64,000 nucleotides of DNA from Nitrososphaeria archaeon (GTDB lineage Archaea > Thermoproteota > Nitrososphaeria > Nitrososphaerales > JACAEJ01): contig JARVKD010000001.1 in the NCBI GenBank assembly GCA_029775875.1, positions 810-64,809 on the forward strand. The letters are read 5' to 3'. The notes below the pieces were generated by a model. That model did no database searches. It saw nothing but the letters and a program-made list of their open reading frames with translations, and was not told the DNA's origin. Each line of letters opens with the position of its first letter. The stretch's first letter is position 1. Made by a program: the position numbers and the translations under genes. Below are positions 55,612 to 64,000 of this stretch, piece by piece.

Positions 55612-56900
55612 CGAGTGTTAAAGTATTCAAAAGCGATCTTCATGGTAGAGTCAAAGCTCCACCAAGTAAGAGCTATACTCATAGAGCATTAGTATTGTCA
55701 AGCCTTGCATCTGGAAGATCTAGAATAAATAAGCCTCTTCTAGCAAGAGATACCATTGCTACAATAAAGGCATGTCAAGCTTTAGGCTCATTGATAGATA
55801 AAAAGGAAGATTATCTTCAGATTGAAGGAAATCCAAATCTCAAAACTCCCGATGATGTTATCAACGTAGAGAATTCAGGAACTACTATGCGCTTAATAAC
55901 AGCCATAGCATCTTTAGCGCCAGAGGGTTATTCGATAATTACTGGCGATGATAGCATAAGGTCTAGACCTATGCAACCGTTACTTTCAGCATTATTGAGC
56001 TTAGGAGTTGAATGCTATTCATCCCGCCAAAATGGCTTGCCGCCAATAATAGTGAGAGGTGGTGGAATTAAGGGAGGGGAAGCTGAAATAAGAGGAGATG
56101 TCTCATCTCAATTTATATCTGCTCTCTTGATTTCAACCCCTAAAGCTAAAAACAAAACAGTGATAAAAGTTCATGGCAAGACTGTATCAAGACCATACAT
56201 AGATGCAACTTTGAGCATGATGAAGATTTTTGGAGGAAATGCTATTCATAAAGATTATAAAGAGTATGTTATTCCACCAAAACAAGATTACCATCAGTCA
56301 GATTTTGATGTGCCGGGGGACTTTAGCTCAGCATCCTTATTGATAGCGTTTGCGCTATTGGCTGGAAAAAAGGTTACAATAGAGAACTTGAACTTTTCTC
56401 TTCCTCAAGCAGATATGCGTATTTTAGATATATTAGAGAATATCGAAGCTGATTTTAACGTTAATAGATCAAAAGGTGAGATCACTCTATCAGGAGGTAA
56501 GATTTTGAAGGGAGGAGAATTCGACTTATCAGACTCTCCTGACTTATTGCCTGTTTTATCAGTAATAGCTCTAAAGGCTAGGCCAAAGATCATCATAAAA
56601 GGCGTTGAGCATGCTAGGTTCAAAGAAACAGATAGAATATCCATACTTGTGAAAGAATTAAGGAAACTTGGTGCTAAAGTGCAAGAGTTACGGGATGGTA
56701 TAGTAGTTGAATATTGTGAAAAATTGAAGGGTTGCTCATTAAATGCTTATAGCGATCATAGACTCTTTATGGCTTTTTGTGCTGCTGCTACGGCTTCATC
56801 CGAGCCTTGTATAATAGAAGGTCTTGAGTCAGTAGACATATCCTACCCTAATTTCATCAAAGATATTAAATCGCTAGGAGCAATCATAGAAGGAGCATAA
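55608..56900 (+). CDS. aroA: 3-phosphoshikimate 1-carboxyvinyltransferase (EPSP synthase)
   Basis: PPSKSYTHRAL, ENSGTTMRL, GDDSIRSRPM, SSQFISALL, KETDRI, DHRLFMAF. Confidence 0.9.
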   Translation: MTSVKVFKSDLHGRVKAPPSKSYTHRALVLSSLASGRSRINKPLLARDTIATIKACQALGSLIDKKEDYLQIEGNPNLKTPDDVINVENSGTTMRLITAIASLAPEGYSIITGDDSIRSRPMQPLLSALLSLGVECYSSRQNGLPPIIVRGGGIKGGEAEIRGDVSSQFISALLISTPKAKNKTVIKVHGKTVSRPYIDATLSMMKIFGGNAIHKDYKEYVIPPKQDYHQSDFDVPGDFSSASLLIAFALLAGKKVTIENLNFSLPQADMRILDILENIEADFNVNRSKGEITLSGGKILKGGEFDLSDSPDLLPVLSVIALKARPKIIIKGVEHARFKETDRISILVKELRKLGAKVQELRDGIVVEYCEKLKGCSLNAYSDHRLFMAFCAAATASSEPCIIEGLESVDISYPNFIKDIKSLGAIIEGA

Positions 56901-56901
56901 A

Positions 56902-58008
56902 ATGACAGGAAATATTCTTGGAGAAAGATTCTTAGTATTAAGCTTTGGCGAGAGTCACGGTAGGTGTATAGGGGTAGTAGTAGACGGTTGCCCTGCAGGT
57001 TTGCCTTTGAGTGAAGATGATATCCAACATGACCTTAATTTAAGAAGACCAGGCTTATCCATGGTAACGAGCGAAAGGTCTGAGGAGGATAAAGTAGAAT
57101 TAATATCAGGAGTCTTTAATGGATATACTACAAGCGCTCCTATTTGTGCATTAATATGGAATAAAGATGTAGACTCAAAGCCTTATGAACAGATAAGAAA
57201 GACCCCAAGACCAGGTCACGCTGATCTAACAGCCTTTTGGAAGTATGGAGGCTATAATGATTGGAGGGGAGGGGGACGCTTCTCAGGTAGAATAACAGCA
57301 TCCTTTGTTATAGCAGGAGCCATAGCTAAGAAGCTTATCCGCTATACTCTTGGCATAGAAGTTTTCGCCTATTCCATTGAGATAGGAGGCATCAAAGCAA
57401 GAGAAGTATCTGATGATGAGATTAGGCGACTTAGGTACTCTAATGAAGTAAGATGTGCAGATTTAGAAGCAGCAGAAAAGATGAAGATAAAGATAACTGA
57501 AGAACAATTAAAGGGAGATAGTGTAGGAGGAATAGTTGAATGCAAAGTTTTCAACGTACCCATAGGCTTAGGAGAACCTGTCTTCTCTTCCCTTGAATCT
57601 GACTTGAGTAAAGCTCTATTCTCCATACCCGCTGTGAAAGGCATAGAATTTGGTATCGGTTTTGAAGCTTCAAGGCTAAAGGGGTCTGAATGTAACGATC
57701 CTTTTTCTGTGAAGAAAGGGAAGATAATAACATCATCAAATAGAGCTGGTGGAATTCTTGGCGGGATTTCTAACGGCATGCCCATAGTGTTAAGGTTAGC
57801 CTTTAAGCCTACCTCATCAATAGGGAAGCCACAAAAGACGGTTCATCTTGACACCTTAAAGAAAGTCGATTTAATAGTGTCTGGGCGCCATGACCCATGC
57901 ATAGTACCAAGAGCAGTTCCTGTAGTTGAAGCCATGGTATCTTGTGTTATGGCTGATCATTCTATAAGAGCAGGTTTGATACCTCCAGTCATAAAAACTA
58001 GGCCTTAA
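56902..58008 (+). CDS. aroC: chorismate synthase
   Basis: SFGESHG, RRPG, RPGHADL, GGGRFSGR, GGISNGMP, GRHDPC. Confidence 0.9.
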   Translation: MTGNILGERFLVLSFGESHGRCIGVVVDGCPAGLPLSEDDIQHDLNLRRPGLSMVTSERSEEDKVELISGVFNGYTTSAPICALIWNKDVDSKPYEQIRKTPRPGHADLTAFWKYGGYNDWRGGGRFSGRITASFVIAGAIAKKLIRYTLGIEVFAYSIEIGGIKAREVSDDEIRRLRYSNEVRCADLEAAEKMKIKITEEQLKGDSVGGIVECKVFNVPIGLGEPVFSSLESDLSKALFSIPAVKGIEFGIGFEASRLKGSECNDPFSVKKGKIITSSNRAGGILGGISNGMPIVLRLAFKPTSSIGKPQKTVHLDTLKKVDLIVSGRHDPCIVPRAVPVVEAMVSCVMADHSIRAGLIPPVIKTRP

Positions 58009-58021
58009 TTAAGGATGATGG

Positions 58022-59425
58022 ATGTTGCCAAGTGAATCAGAGCTTGAGGCTTTGCGTAAAGAAGTCAAAGAGATTACAAATGAGATAATAAGGTTAATAG
58101 GTCTTCGCCTCTCATTAGCAAAAAAGATTAACGAAATAAAACGTTCTATGAGCTTACCTATCATAGACTATAAAGTGGAGAGAGACCTTAGAAACTCTGT
58201 CATAAACTCATGCAAGAAGTACAATGTTGATGAGGGCTTTGGGTTAAGGCTTCTAAACCTTCTGATAGATGAGGCTGTAAAAACTCAGAAGATTTCTATA
58301 AATGAAAGCAAAAAAGCCATTAGCGTAGTAGACATGTTCGTTTTAGCCAAAAGAATGGAAAAAGAGGGGAAAAAAGTAATCCATCTAGAAGTTGGAGAAC
58401 CAGACTTCGGTCCTCCACAGAAGGTGAAAAGGGCAACTTGTGATGCAATATCAAAAGGCTATACTCACTATACAGAACCCTCAGGAATCTCAAGTTTAAG
58501 AGAAAGTATTGCAGATTCTGTAAGTGAGCGTTATGGCATAGATGTATCACATGAGCAAGTTGCTGTAATATCTGGTGGCAGATTTTCTATCTACGCTAGC
58601 ATTTTATCAACCCTCCCCCAAGGTGGCGAAGCTATAATTATACAACCTGCATGGCCAGCTTACATTGATTGCGTAGAAGCTATTGGAGGAAGAATCATTA
58701 ATATTAAAACCAATCTTGAGAATGGCTGGAAACCAGATATAGAATTCATATCAAATCTCATAAATGATTCTACAGAGTTAATTATAATCAACTATCCTAA
58801 CAATCCAACAGGAAAAGTTCTTGAGAAGAGAGATATGAAGGCTTTAGTAGATTTGGCAACAGATAGAAATGTAACTATACTGAGTGATGAAGTCTATTCA
58901 GATTATTCTTTCCAGCCTTTTGATAGCATATTAGAGTTTCATGACTGCAAATCTATATGTGTATCATCCTTTTCCAAAAGCTATGGCATGACAGGCTTTA
59001 GGATTGGTTATGCTATATCTGATACTGAAACCATAAGGAAGATTTCAAGGATTCAAGCCTTGGCATCCACAAGCGTTCCAGAATTCATTCAATACGCTGC
59101 AATTGAAGCTCTAAAATGTAAGAAAGACGTCAAAAGATATGCTAATCTAGTCAGAAAAAGGATAAGTTTAGTTTGCAATAGGTTAAAAAAGATGAATTTA
59201 TCCTATTATGAGCCTGATGGCGCTTTCTATGTATTTCCTAAGGTAAGCAACGATAGGAGTTTTGATGCTGGAAAGTTTGCTCTTGATCTTCTAAAGGACA
59301 AGAATGTTTGTGTAGCCCCTGGTATAGCCTTTGGGGATTATCCTAACTTTATAAGGATAAGCGTCTGTCAATCAGAGAACTTACTGTTAGAAGGGTTGAA
59401 AAGAATGGGTGAAATGTTAGGATGA
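58022..59425 (+). CDS. fusion protein: AroQ-type chorismate mutase (N-terminal ~95 aa) + class I/II aminotransferase
   Basis: N-terminus: LEALRKEVKEITNEIIRLIGLRLSLAKKINEIKRSMSLPIIDYKVERDL (CM_2-like). C-terminus: HLEVGEPDF, NYPNNPTGK, SFSKSYGMTGFRIGY (PLP lysine), IRIS. Confidence 0.8.
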   Translation: MLPSESELEALRKEVKEITNEIIRLIGLRLSLAKKINEIKRSMSLPIIDYKVERDLRNSVINSCKKYNVDEGFGLRLLNLLIDEAVKTQKISINESKKAISVVDMFVLAKRMEKEGKKVIHLEVGEPDFGPPQKVKRATCDAISKGYTHYTEPSGISSLRESIADSVSERYGIDVSHEQVAVISGGRFSIYASILSTLPQGGEAIIIQPAWPAYIDCVEAIGGRIINIKTNLENGWKPDIEFISNLINDSTELIIINYPNNPTGKVLEKRDMKALVDLATDRNVTILSDEVYSDYSFQPFDSILEFHDCKSICVSSFSKSYGMTGFRIGYAISDTETIRKISRIQALASTSVPEFIQYAAIEALKCKKDVKRYANLVRKRISLVCNRLKKMNLSYYEPDGAFYVFPKVSNDRSFDAGKFALDLLKDKNVCVAPGIAFGDYPNFIRISVCQSENLLLEGLKRMGEMLG

Positions 59426-60285
59426 GAGTAGCGATAATAGGCGGAGCAGGCAGGATGGGAAGATGGTTTGCCCGATACTTTAAATCAAAAGATCATGCTG
59501 TTATTATTTCAGATATAGAAGAGAAGGCAAGAAATATTGCTGAGAAGGAAGGATTTCTATTCGCTAAATCTAATCAAGATGTAGTAAAAGGTGCAGATTT
59601 GATCGTAATATCTGTCAGTATAGAATCCACGCCCAATGTAATTAAAGAGATAGAACAAAATTTGAAAGAGGATGCGATAGTTGCAGAGATTTCCTCCATA
59701 AAGACTCATGTTATGAAGACATTGACAGATCTAGTTCAAAAGAATGTGACGGCTTTATCGATACATCCACTATTCGGCTCTGGCGCAAAGACTTTGAAGG
59801 GGAAAAAGATCGCTGTAATACCTGTTAAAGACCCAGAAAGGGAAGTTAATTTAGTTCAAAAGTTCTTTCCTGAAGCTACCATCAATGTAATAGGCGCAGA
59901 AGAACATGATAGGATCATGGCTTTGACTCTCTCTTTACCTCATTTTCTGAACTTAATCTTCGCTTCAACTTTATCCAATGAGGATATAAATGGTTTGAGA
60001 AGGTTTGCTGGTCCCTCTTTTACTTTGCAATTGATACTTGCGGAGAGTGTACTGACAGAGAATCCAGATATATATGCATCGATACAGATGATGAATAGGC
60101 ATACGTATCCATGCTTGGAAAAGCTTATGAATCAAGCTAAGGCTTTAAAAGAAATAATTCGTAATAACAAGCGAGAAGAACTTATAAGATTCTTTGGGAA
60201 AATACGTAGTAATTTCTTGAAAGATATAGAAGCGATTAAACCTTATGAGAAGCTATATGAAATCGTAGAAAGATTAGGGTCTTGA
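59422..60285 (+). CDS. tyrA: prephenate/arogenate dehydrogenase
   Basis: VAIIGGAGRMGRWF (NAD fold), SIHPLFG, HDRIMALTLSLPHF. Confidence 0.8.
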   Translation: MRVAIIGGAGRMGRWFARYFKSKDHAVIISDIEEKARNIAEKEGFLFAKSNQDVVKGADLIVISVSIESTPNVIKEIEQNLKEDAIVAEISSIKTHVMKTLTDLVQKNVTALSIHPLFGSGAKTLKGKKIAVIPVKDPEREVNLVQKFFPEATINVIGAEEHDRIMALTLSLPHFLNLIFASTLSNEDINGLRRFAGPSFTLQLILAESVLTENPDIYASIQMMNRHTYPCLEKLMNQAKALKEIIRNNKREELIRFFGKIRSNFLKDIEAIKPYEKLYEIVERLGS

Positions 60286-60340
60286 AATCGATTAGAAAAC
60301 TATTTAACAATAACATTTCTCTTAAATATTGAGGTAAAAT

Positions 60341-60631
60341 TTGGTCGCTGAAGAAGAAATAATGAGAGAATTGAGCAATGTTGTCGATCCAGAAATAGGT
60401 ATGTCTATCGTGGATATGGGTTTAGTTGATGAAGTTAAGATAGAAGGCAACAAAGTTTCTGTCACCTTTCATCTTACAGCACCCTTCTGTCCACCAGTAT
60501 TTGCTATGATGATCGCAAAGGACATCAAAGACAGACTGTCCAAAATGGCTGGAGTAAAAAATAGCGAAGTCAAGCTAGTGGGTCATATAATGGCAGACCA
60601 GATCAACGAGATCATAAACAAACCCTCTTAA
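60341..60631 (+). CDS. DUF59/MIP18-family (Fe-S assembly-related, PaaD-like) protein
   Basis: TTG start after GAGGT. VVDPEIGMSIVDMGLV...LTAPFCP. Confidence 0.7.
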   Translation: MVAEEEIMRELSNVVDPEIGMSIVDMGLVDEVKIEGNKVSVTFHLTAPFCPPVFAMMIAKDIKDRLSKMAGVKNSEVKLVGHIMADQINEIINKPS

Positions 60632-60712
60632 AATCATAGGTTCCGCTAAGAGGAATACTTTACAGTAAATTTGCCTAATGTATGTAATGCATAAGAATAA
60701 TTTATTTTTTGA

Positions 60713-61312
60713 TTACTCTATCTTGATGCGTTTGCCCTTTGGAGTAGGTACTGCTTTCTTGATCTTTACTTCTAATATGCCATTGTTGTAAGATGCTTTT
60801 GCACTTGCTGGATCGATTTCTGAAGGCATATCAATTTTCTTATTGTACTTCCTTCTTTCAGTACTTGCAGATATAGTCATGGTCTTCTCGGTTGACTCTA
60901 TATTTATGTCCGATTTATCAACTCCAGGCAATTCAGCAACTACTCTGATAGAATCTCCTTCATCAAACACGTCCACCAAAGGTTCTCTTTCTTCTTTAAC
61001 TTCCATTCCCAGTTTTGGCGCTCTAAATGGTAAAGGCTTTGTAGAAGGTTTGACGTTACCAAATTCTCTTATCACAGGTTTACCATCTGGACCTATCGTT
61101 ACAGAGTAGCCGTAAACAAATGGTCCAAACTCTCTAGCAACACTCCCATCTGGAAGCCTTCTTTCTCTTATAAGGTCTTTAGGAACTTCTTTTTCAATTC
61201 CCTTAAAGAACTCTTCGAACATTTTGTCAAAATCTTCAAAGAATCTTCTGCCGAAGAAAGGCATGTGCCAACGCCTTCTGAACCATTCATCTATATCTTC
61301 ATCCCAAGACAT
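60713..61312 (-). CDS. hsp20: Hsp20/alpha-crystallin small heat-shock protein
   Basis: PLVDVFDEGDSIRVVAELPGVDKSDINI...ASYNNGILEVKIKK. ATG 61312 (MSWDEDIDEWF) is preferred over the track start 61426. Confidence 0.85.
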   Translation of the reverse strand: MSWDEDIDEWFRRRWHMPFFGRRFFEDFDKMFEEFFKGIEKEVPKDLIRERRLPDGSVAREFGPFVYGYSVTIGPDGKPVIREFGNVKPSTKPLPFRAPKLGMEVKEEREPLVDVFDEGDSIRVVAELPGVDKSDINIESTEKTMTISASTERRKYNKKIDMPSEIDPASAKASYNNGILEVKIKKAVPTPKGKRIKIE

Positions 61313-61403
61313 ATTGTTCACTTCAGTGTTGATTTGGTAAAACTTGGATATATTTTTTGCTAAATTCAAAGATAAATAGTTGGAATAGTAAATAAAAATT
61401 GCA

Positions 61404-62513
61404 TTGAAGAGAACAGGTTTCACCATTCTTCCTTTACATAGGGGACATGCACCGAGATGGCTAATATATAGAATGGAGAATTTGTCAAAAGAGATAATAT
61501 GGCTTATGATCGATGAGTATGGAACTGATGAAGTTTTAAGAAGGATTTCGAATCCATACTGGTTTCAGGCTTTAGGCTGTGTATTAGGTTACGATTGGCA
61601 CTCCTCAGGCTTAACCACGGTAGTTACAGGAGTATTGAAGAGAGTACTTTCTAATGAGAATTATGGAATAAAGGTAGCAGGTGGAAAAGGAAAAGCTTCC
61701 CTAAAAACTCAACTAGAAATAGATAAGATAGGTGAAGATTTCAATTTATCATCCTCGAATATTGACAGACTAAAATATGCAAGCAGAATCTGTGCAAAGG
61801 TCGATAATACAGCCATTCAAGCGGGTTATCCATTATATCATCATGTATTTTTCTTGACTGAGAAAGGAGGTTGGTCTGTTATTCAGCAAGGCATGAACAT
61901 ACAAGACAGGACTGCAAGGCGTTACCACTGGCTCTCCGAGGATCTAGATAGCTTTATCGTTGAACCTCATAAAGCCATTGTGGGGGATGTAAAAAGGCCT
62001 TTAGTGCTAAACATGACGGCAAAAGAAGCTGAAGAGAATAGGAACACATGTGTCGATTTGGTAAAAGGAAATCCTAACAATCTAGTGTCTTCCATAAGAC
62101 GAATAAGCAATCCTTCTACACTTGATCTTTGGACTCAAGATCAGGTCAAAATTGCAAGTATAGAGGGTTTTTCAATGCCAAGAAATCTGAATTGGGAAAC
62201 CTTCAAAAGATTGTATGAATTTCAGCCGAAGAATTATGAAGAGCTATTATCATTTAAGGGAGTTGGTCCTTCCGTTGTTAGAGCATTGGCTTTGATCTCT
62301 GAATTGGTTTATGGTAAGCAAGCAAGCTGGAAAGACCCTGTTAAGTACTCTTTTGCTTTCGGGGGTAAGGATGGAGTTCCAAGACCCATCGATAAGAAAG
62401 AGATGGACAAAGCTATCGAAATCCTTTGTAATACTTTAGAGCAAGCTAAAATTGGTCAAAAGGATAAGGTGCAAGCCCTTAAAAGGCTTCAAAGATTTGT
62501 AACCATTGGATGA
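61404..62513 (+). CDS. DUF763 family protein
   Basis: TTG start. MKRTGFTILPLHRGHAPRWLIYRM is the DUF763 N-terminal signature. Confidence 0.65.
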   Translation: MKRTGFTILPLHRGHAPRWLIYRMENLSKEIIWLMIDEYGTDEVLRRISNPYWFQALGCVLGYDWHSSGLTTVVTGVLKRVLSNENYGIKVAGGKGKASLKTQLEIDKIGEDFNLSSSNIDRLKYASRICAKVDNTAIQAGYPLYHHVFFLTEKGGWSVIQQGMNIQDRTARRYHWLSEDLDSFIVEPHKAIVGDVKRPLVLNMTAKEAEENRNTCVDLVKGNPNNLVSSIRRISNPSTLDLWTQDQVKIASIEGFSMPRNLNWETFKRLYEFQPKNYEELLSFKGVGPSVVRALALISELVYGKQASWKDPVKYSFAFGGKDGVPRPIDKKEMDKAIEILCNTLEQAKIGQKDKVQALKRLQRFVTIG

Positions 62514-63457
62514 TAATCTATAAGACCCTTTATCACTTCAAGCCAAGCTTTGGCAACATTATCAGGATTGTAGCCTCCTCCACCTAAAGCCAATATTCTT
62601 CCATCACATAATTCATGTGAGATTTTGTGTAACTTCTTTGTTGCGTATCTATGGGCTTCTTCTGTATAGACTAGATGTGTAAGAGGATCATTTCTTAATC
62701 CATCCGCTCCACATTGGAATATTATCAGTTCAGGCTTTATTCGATGAGCAAACTCCTCAATTTCATCAAAAGCTTCCTTGAACTCTTCATCCCCTGCTCC
62801 AGGCTTCAATGATATGTTTAACTTCGTTCCTTCAGCCTCCCCAGAACCGGTTTCATGACTGAATCCAGTTCCTGGATACAAATACCTTCCATCTTCATGT
62901 ATATCAGCGGTGAACACCATGGGGTCATCATAGAATTCGTAGCAAACACCGTCTCCGTGATGGGCATCTATATCAACGTATAATATTCTTTTAAGACCAT
63001 GGTTCTTCTTAGCATGAATTATTGCTATGGAAGCATCGTTAAAAACACAAAACCCTGCTGCTCTATCCCTTCTTGCATGGTGCATTCCTCCAATAGGATT
63101 AAAAATATGATCTATTTCTTTCTTCAAGATTATGTCCAAGCCCAAAAGAGTAGATCCTACAACGTAGCTTGATGCTTCAAAGACCCCTTTGAAGGCAGGC
63201 GTATCACCATAATCGAGATAGCCAAAACCATATTCAGAGGCTCTCTTCACAAAATCTACATATTCTTTAGTATGGAAAAGAAGCAAAAGGTCTTCACTCG
63301 CAATTATGGGTTCCATGACCTTTATGCTTTCTTTATTACCAAGCTCTTCTCTGAATTTATTTAGGAAAATTTCAACTCTGCTACTCCTAAGTGGGTGATC
63401 ATCAGGGAAAGAATATCTTGGAGTAGTCTCGCCTAAGAATATTCCAACAGAGCACAT
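62489..63457 (-). CDS. histone deacetylase-family (AcuC/acetylpolyamine amidohydrolase-like) enzyme
   Basis: GGMHHARRDRAAGFCVFND, YVDIDAHHGDG, GGGGYN. Convergent 25-nt overlap with the DUF763 gene. Confidence 0.8.
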   Translation of the reverse strand: MCSVGIFLGETTPRYSFPDDHPLRSSRVEIFLNKFREELGNKESIKVMEPIIASEDLLLLFHTKEYVDFVKRASEYGFGYLDYGDTPAFKGVFEASSYVVGSTLLGLDIILKKEIDHIFNPIGGMHHARRDRAAGFCVFNDASIAIIHAKKNHGLKRILYVDIDAHHGDGVCYEFYDDPMVFTADIHEDGRYLYPGTGFSHETGSGEAEGTKLNISLKPGAGDEEFKEAFDEIEEFAHRIKPELIIFQCGADGLRNDPLTHLVYTEEAHRYATKKLHKISHELCDGRILALGGGGYNPDNVAKAWLEVIKGLIDYHPMVTNL

Positions 63458-63703
63458 GCAGATATGAACATCATTTAGTAATTTAAAGGTTGACTTGTTT
63501 TTGATAAGGATTAAACTTAATGGATTCTCTTTAACACTTGTCTTTCTTTAATTTGATGCATGGATAGAGGCAAGTTTTCATGTTAACTAGGTGTTTTCAT
63601 GCTCAAATGAAAATCCATCATAATCATCAAAAAGCCTTGAACTATCAAATGATCCATTACTTTAACGATAATATTATTTAGGCAGAAATAGGTAATTTTT
63701 ACT

Positions 63704-64000
63704 GTGAATATAGTGAAGCCTCTGGCTGATACAGTCTTACGTGGGAATTTAGTCAATGTCTATACAGGTATGATATATGAATCATACATAGGCATAAAAG
63801 ATGGGATTGTCAATTACGTAGGTAAGAATCCTATACCATCGGAAGAGCAGATCGATTTGAAATCAAGGTATATTCTGCCAGGCTACATAGATGCCCACAT
63901 ACATATAGAAAGCTCCATGATGATTCCTAGCCAATATGCAAGAGTAGTTGTTCCTAGAGGAACTACTTGTGTTATAGCCGACCCTCATGAGATAGCAAAC
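63704..64000 (+). CDS. ade: adenine deaminase, N-terminal fragment running off the window
   Basis: Not in ORF track. My translation from GTG 63704 gives [22 protein letters not shown]...[17 protein letters not shown]...[10 protein letters not shown] (amidohydrolase HxH motif, Ade-like). Confidence 0.75.
   Translation, partial: MNIVKPLADTVLRGNLVNVYTGMIYESYIGIKDGIVNYVGKNPIPSEEQIDLKSRYILPGYIDAHIHIESSMMIPSQYARVVVPRGTTCVIADPHEIAN

Noticed and set aside
61313-61426. Upstream extension of hsp20 overlapping the DUF763 start.
   Set aside because: The extension is hydrophobic and low-complexity. MSWDEDIDEWF at 61312 leaves a normal divergent promoter spacer.
1-64000. Scan for CRISPR arrays, tRNA/rRNA genes, IS elements, integrases and long direct or inverted repeats.
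   Set aside because: No regularly spaced repeats, no tRNA-like GC-rich cloverleaf candidates in intergenic gaps, and no transposase- or integrase-like ORFs. This was an eye scan only, so tRNAscan/Infernal should confirm it.

Overview
AT-rich (roughly 35-38% GC by eye) archaeal chromosomal segment. It is gene-dense, with about 70 CDS. I found no rRNA, tRNA, CRISPR array, transposase or integrase. Archaeal markers: TBP, thermosome, separate Kae1/Bud32/Pcc1 (KEOPS), a RecJ/GAN-like DHH protein next to ribosomal protein S15, RNase P proteins Rpp30/Pop5, archaeal apgM, GHMP-type shikimate kinase and AroA'/AroB'. These fit a TACK/Thermoproteota-like lineage, but I cannot name the taxon. The dominant structure is 18 co-directional genes (42.4-60.3 kb): trpEGDCFBA, a 160-nt spacer, then aspartate kinase-asd-aroA'-aroB'-aroD-aroE-aroK-aroA-aroC-(chorismate mutase::aminotransferase)-tyrA. 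The two most interesting observations sit at the 5' ends of these two blocks. (1) The conserved N-terminus of trpE is open in frame but has no canonical start. Two good initiation signals lie upstream, both out of frame, and there is a prfB-like GUU-UGG +1 shift context on the only Trp codon. A 1-nt indel in an A-run is the simpler alternative. (2) An 18-codon ORF, MDSSPTSGTRYFFFNFYY, ends 14 nt before the aspartate kinase start. It looks like a Phe/Tyr leader peptide, although its Phe codons are also an oligo-T tract. Other items: a chorismate mutase-aminotransferase fusion; a wHTH-LigD-PolDom-like primase-polymerase; a P-loop ATPase with an Mrr-like C-terminus; a free-standing ThrRS editing domain; three decayed gene remnants (GH57, COG2403-like, LOG-like); a GC-rich island carrying trpB2+DUF169; a GC-rich intergenic ncRNA candidate; and rpp30 with an apparent AUA start. 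All homology calls come from reading the supplied translations from memory of family motifs; no database search was run. Coordinates of short motifs could be off by 1 nt.
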